The translations under genes and the position numbers were made by a program. From Vicugna vicugna (taxonomy: Eukaryota): a DNA stretch of 64,000 nt. Every line of letters begins with the position of its first letter. Position 1 is the first letter of the stretch. Below, piece by piece: positions 63,151 through 64,000 of the stretch. Where the stretch lies: NCBI GenBank assembly GCA_013265495.1, contig MU058456.1:620001-684000 (forward strand). The letters are read 5' to 3'. The notes beneath the pieces were generated by a model, which saw only the letters and a program-made list of their open reading frames with translations, ran no database searches and was not told the DNA's origin.

Positions 63151-64000
63151 AGTTACATGTGTGATACATTATTGAGAATTATCTTTATCCAACTTGGTCA
63201 TGTGCAACTCTTCTGGTCTAGAGAAACGTGGCTGAGGTTTTGAGCTAACGTAAGTTGCAGGCCAGTCTTGCTGCACACAGACTTTCATTAAACAGATATT
63301 TACTGGCAAACAGGCACAAGGCATAACTGTAGCCTGTCCTGTAAACTCAAAGAAGTCCCTGCTCTTTGGCTTTGTAGGTGCCCCAGCCAAATCTTTTTGG
63401 AAAGTTCCACTCAAGGTTAATGACCTGACTACTTTCCAGAGGCTGGCTGCTCTCACTTTTGTGGTGGGCATTATGTAGTGGGGGCACCTCTGACCCAGCC
63501 ACTGGGCATGAGGCCACTGAATGTTTGTTTGCGCCTTGGGTGCCAGTCTTAAGGGCCTAACTTACAGACCTTCATAAATTCTTATGCCTTGTTCATTCAG
63601 GGGCAGAGAATATCTCAAAAATGATTTTTACCAATTCGCTTTGCTTAAATACCACTAGAGTCAACAATGAAAGCCTGTTTCTAGCATCCATTATACTGAC
63701 TGGGAGGCCACTAATTTTGATTTCAGCATTGAAAACCCATTTCAGTACGCCAGTGAGCAAAACCTCCAGTGTGACCGAGATTTGGATACCTCTGACGTAA
63801 GGCTAGTTGACCACGCTGGGGGAGTAAATTCTGACCAGGGCTCCTAACTGTATTTGGATATTCTCAGTACATCAGATTTCATTGCTTATGTGGAAGTATT
63901 TGAAAGTGGACTCCAGGCGTCATACCCCTTTGTTACATTTATTAAATGCCTGGGCTGTCCCCTTCTCCAAGCTCCAGACAGCTCACTTTGGCTTAGGATC

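Noticed and set aside
1..64000. Naming a specific host gene
   Set aside because: No exon or sequence that I can positively recognise; this needs a BLAT search

Overview
This window is mammalian genomic DNA, very probably camelid (camel/llama/alpaca): it holds three tRNA-Ala-derived SINEs of the camelid Vic-1 type plus cetartiodactyl-type L1 3' ends. I can support no protein-coding exon, and the only recognisable protein remnant is a frameshifted L1 ORF2 C-terminus at about 52.0-52.3 kb. The window is a mosaic of ancient interspersed repeats (MIR, L2, L1ME/L1MA, MLT1 and LTR41-type solo LTRs, hAT MITEs), simple repeats and one 397-nt assembly gap. Between these lie repeat-free, AT-rich, homeobox/POU-motif-dense blocks that look like conserved non-coding enhancers, and several CTCF motifs. 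The mainly antisense L1 orientation suggests a long intron of a + strand gene, possibly in a developmental regulatory block; I could not identify the host gene. I found no convincing novel biological system. The best leads are a candidate 24-nt frame-preserving microexon, a minus-strand exon/mini-intron unit overlapping a Sox-Oct motif, AG|GT recursive-splice-like sites, a convergent CTCF pair around a CpG-enriched element, a twin-primed inverted L1 with a perfect TSD, and a probably false gap. Repeat family names come from recalled consensus similarity by eye, and boundaries are approximate.
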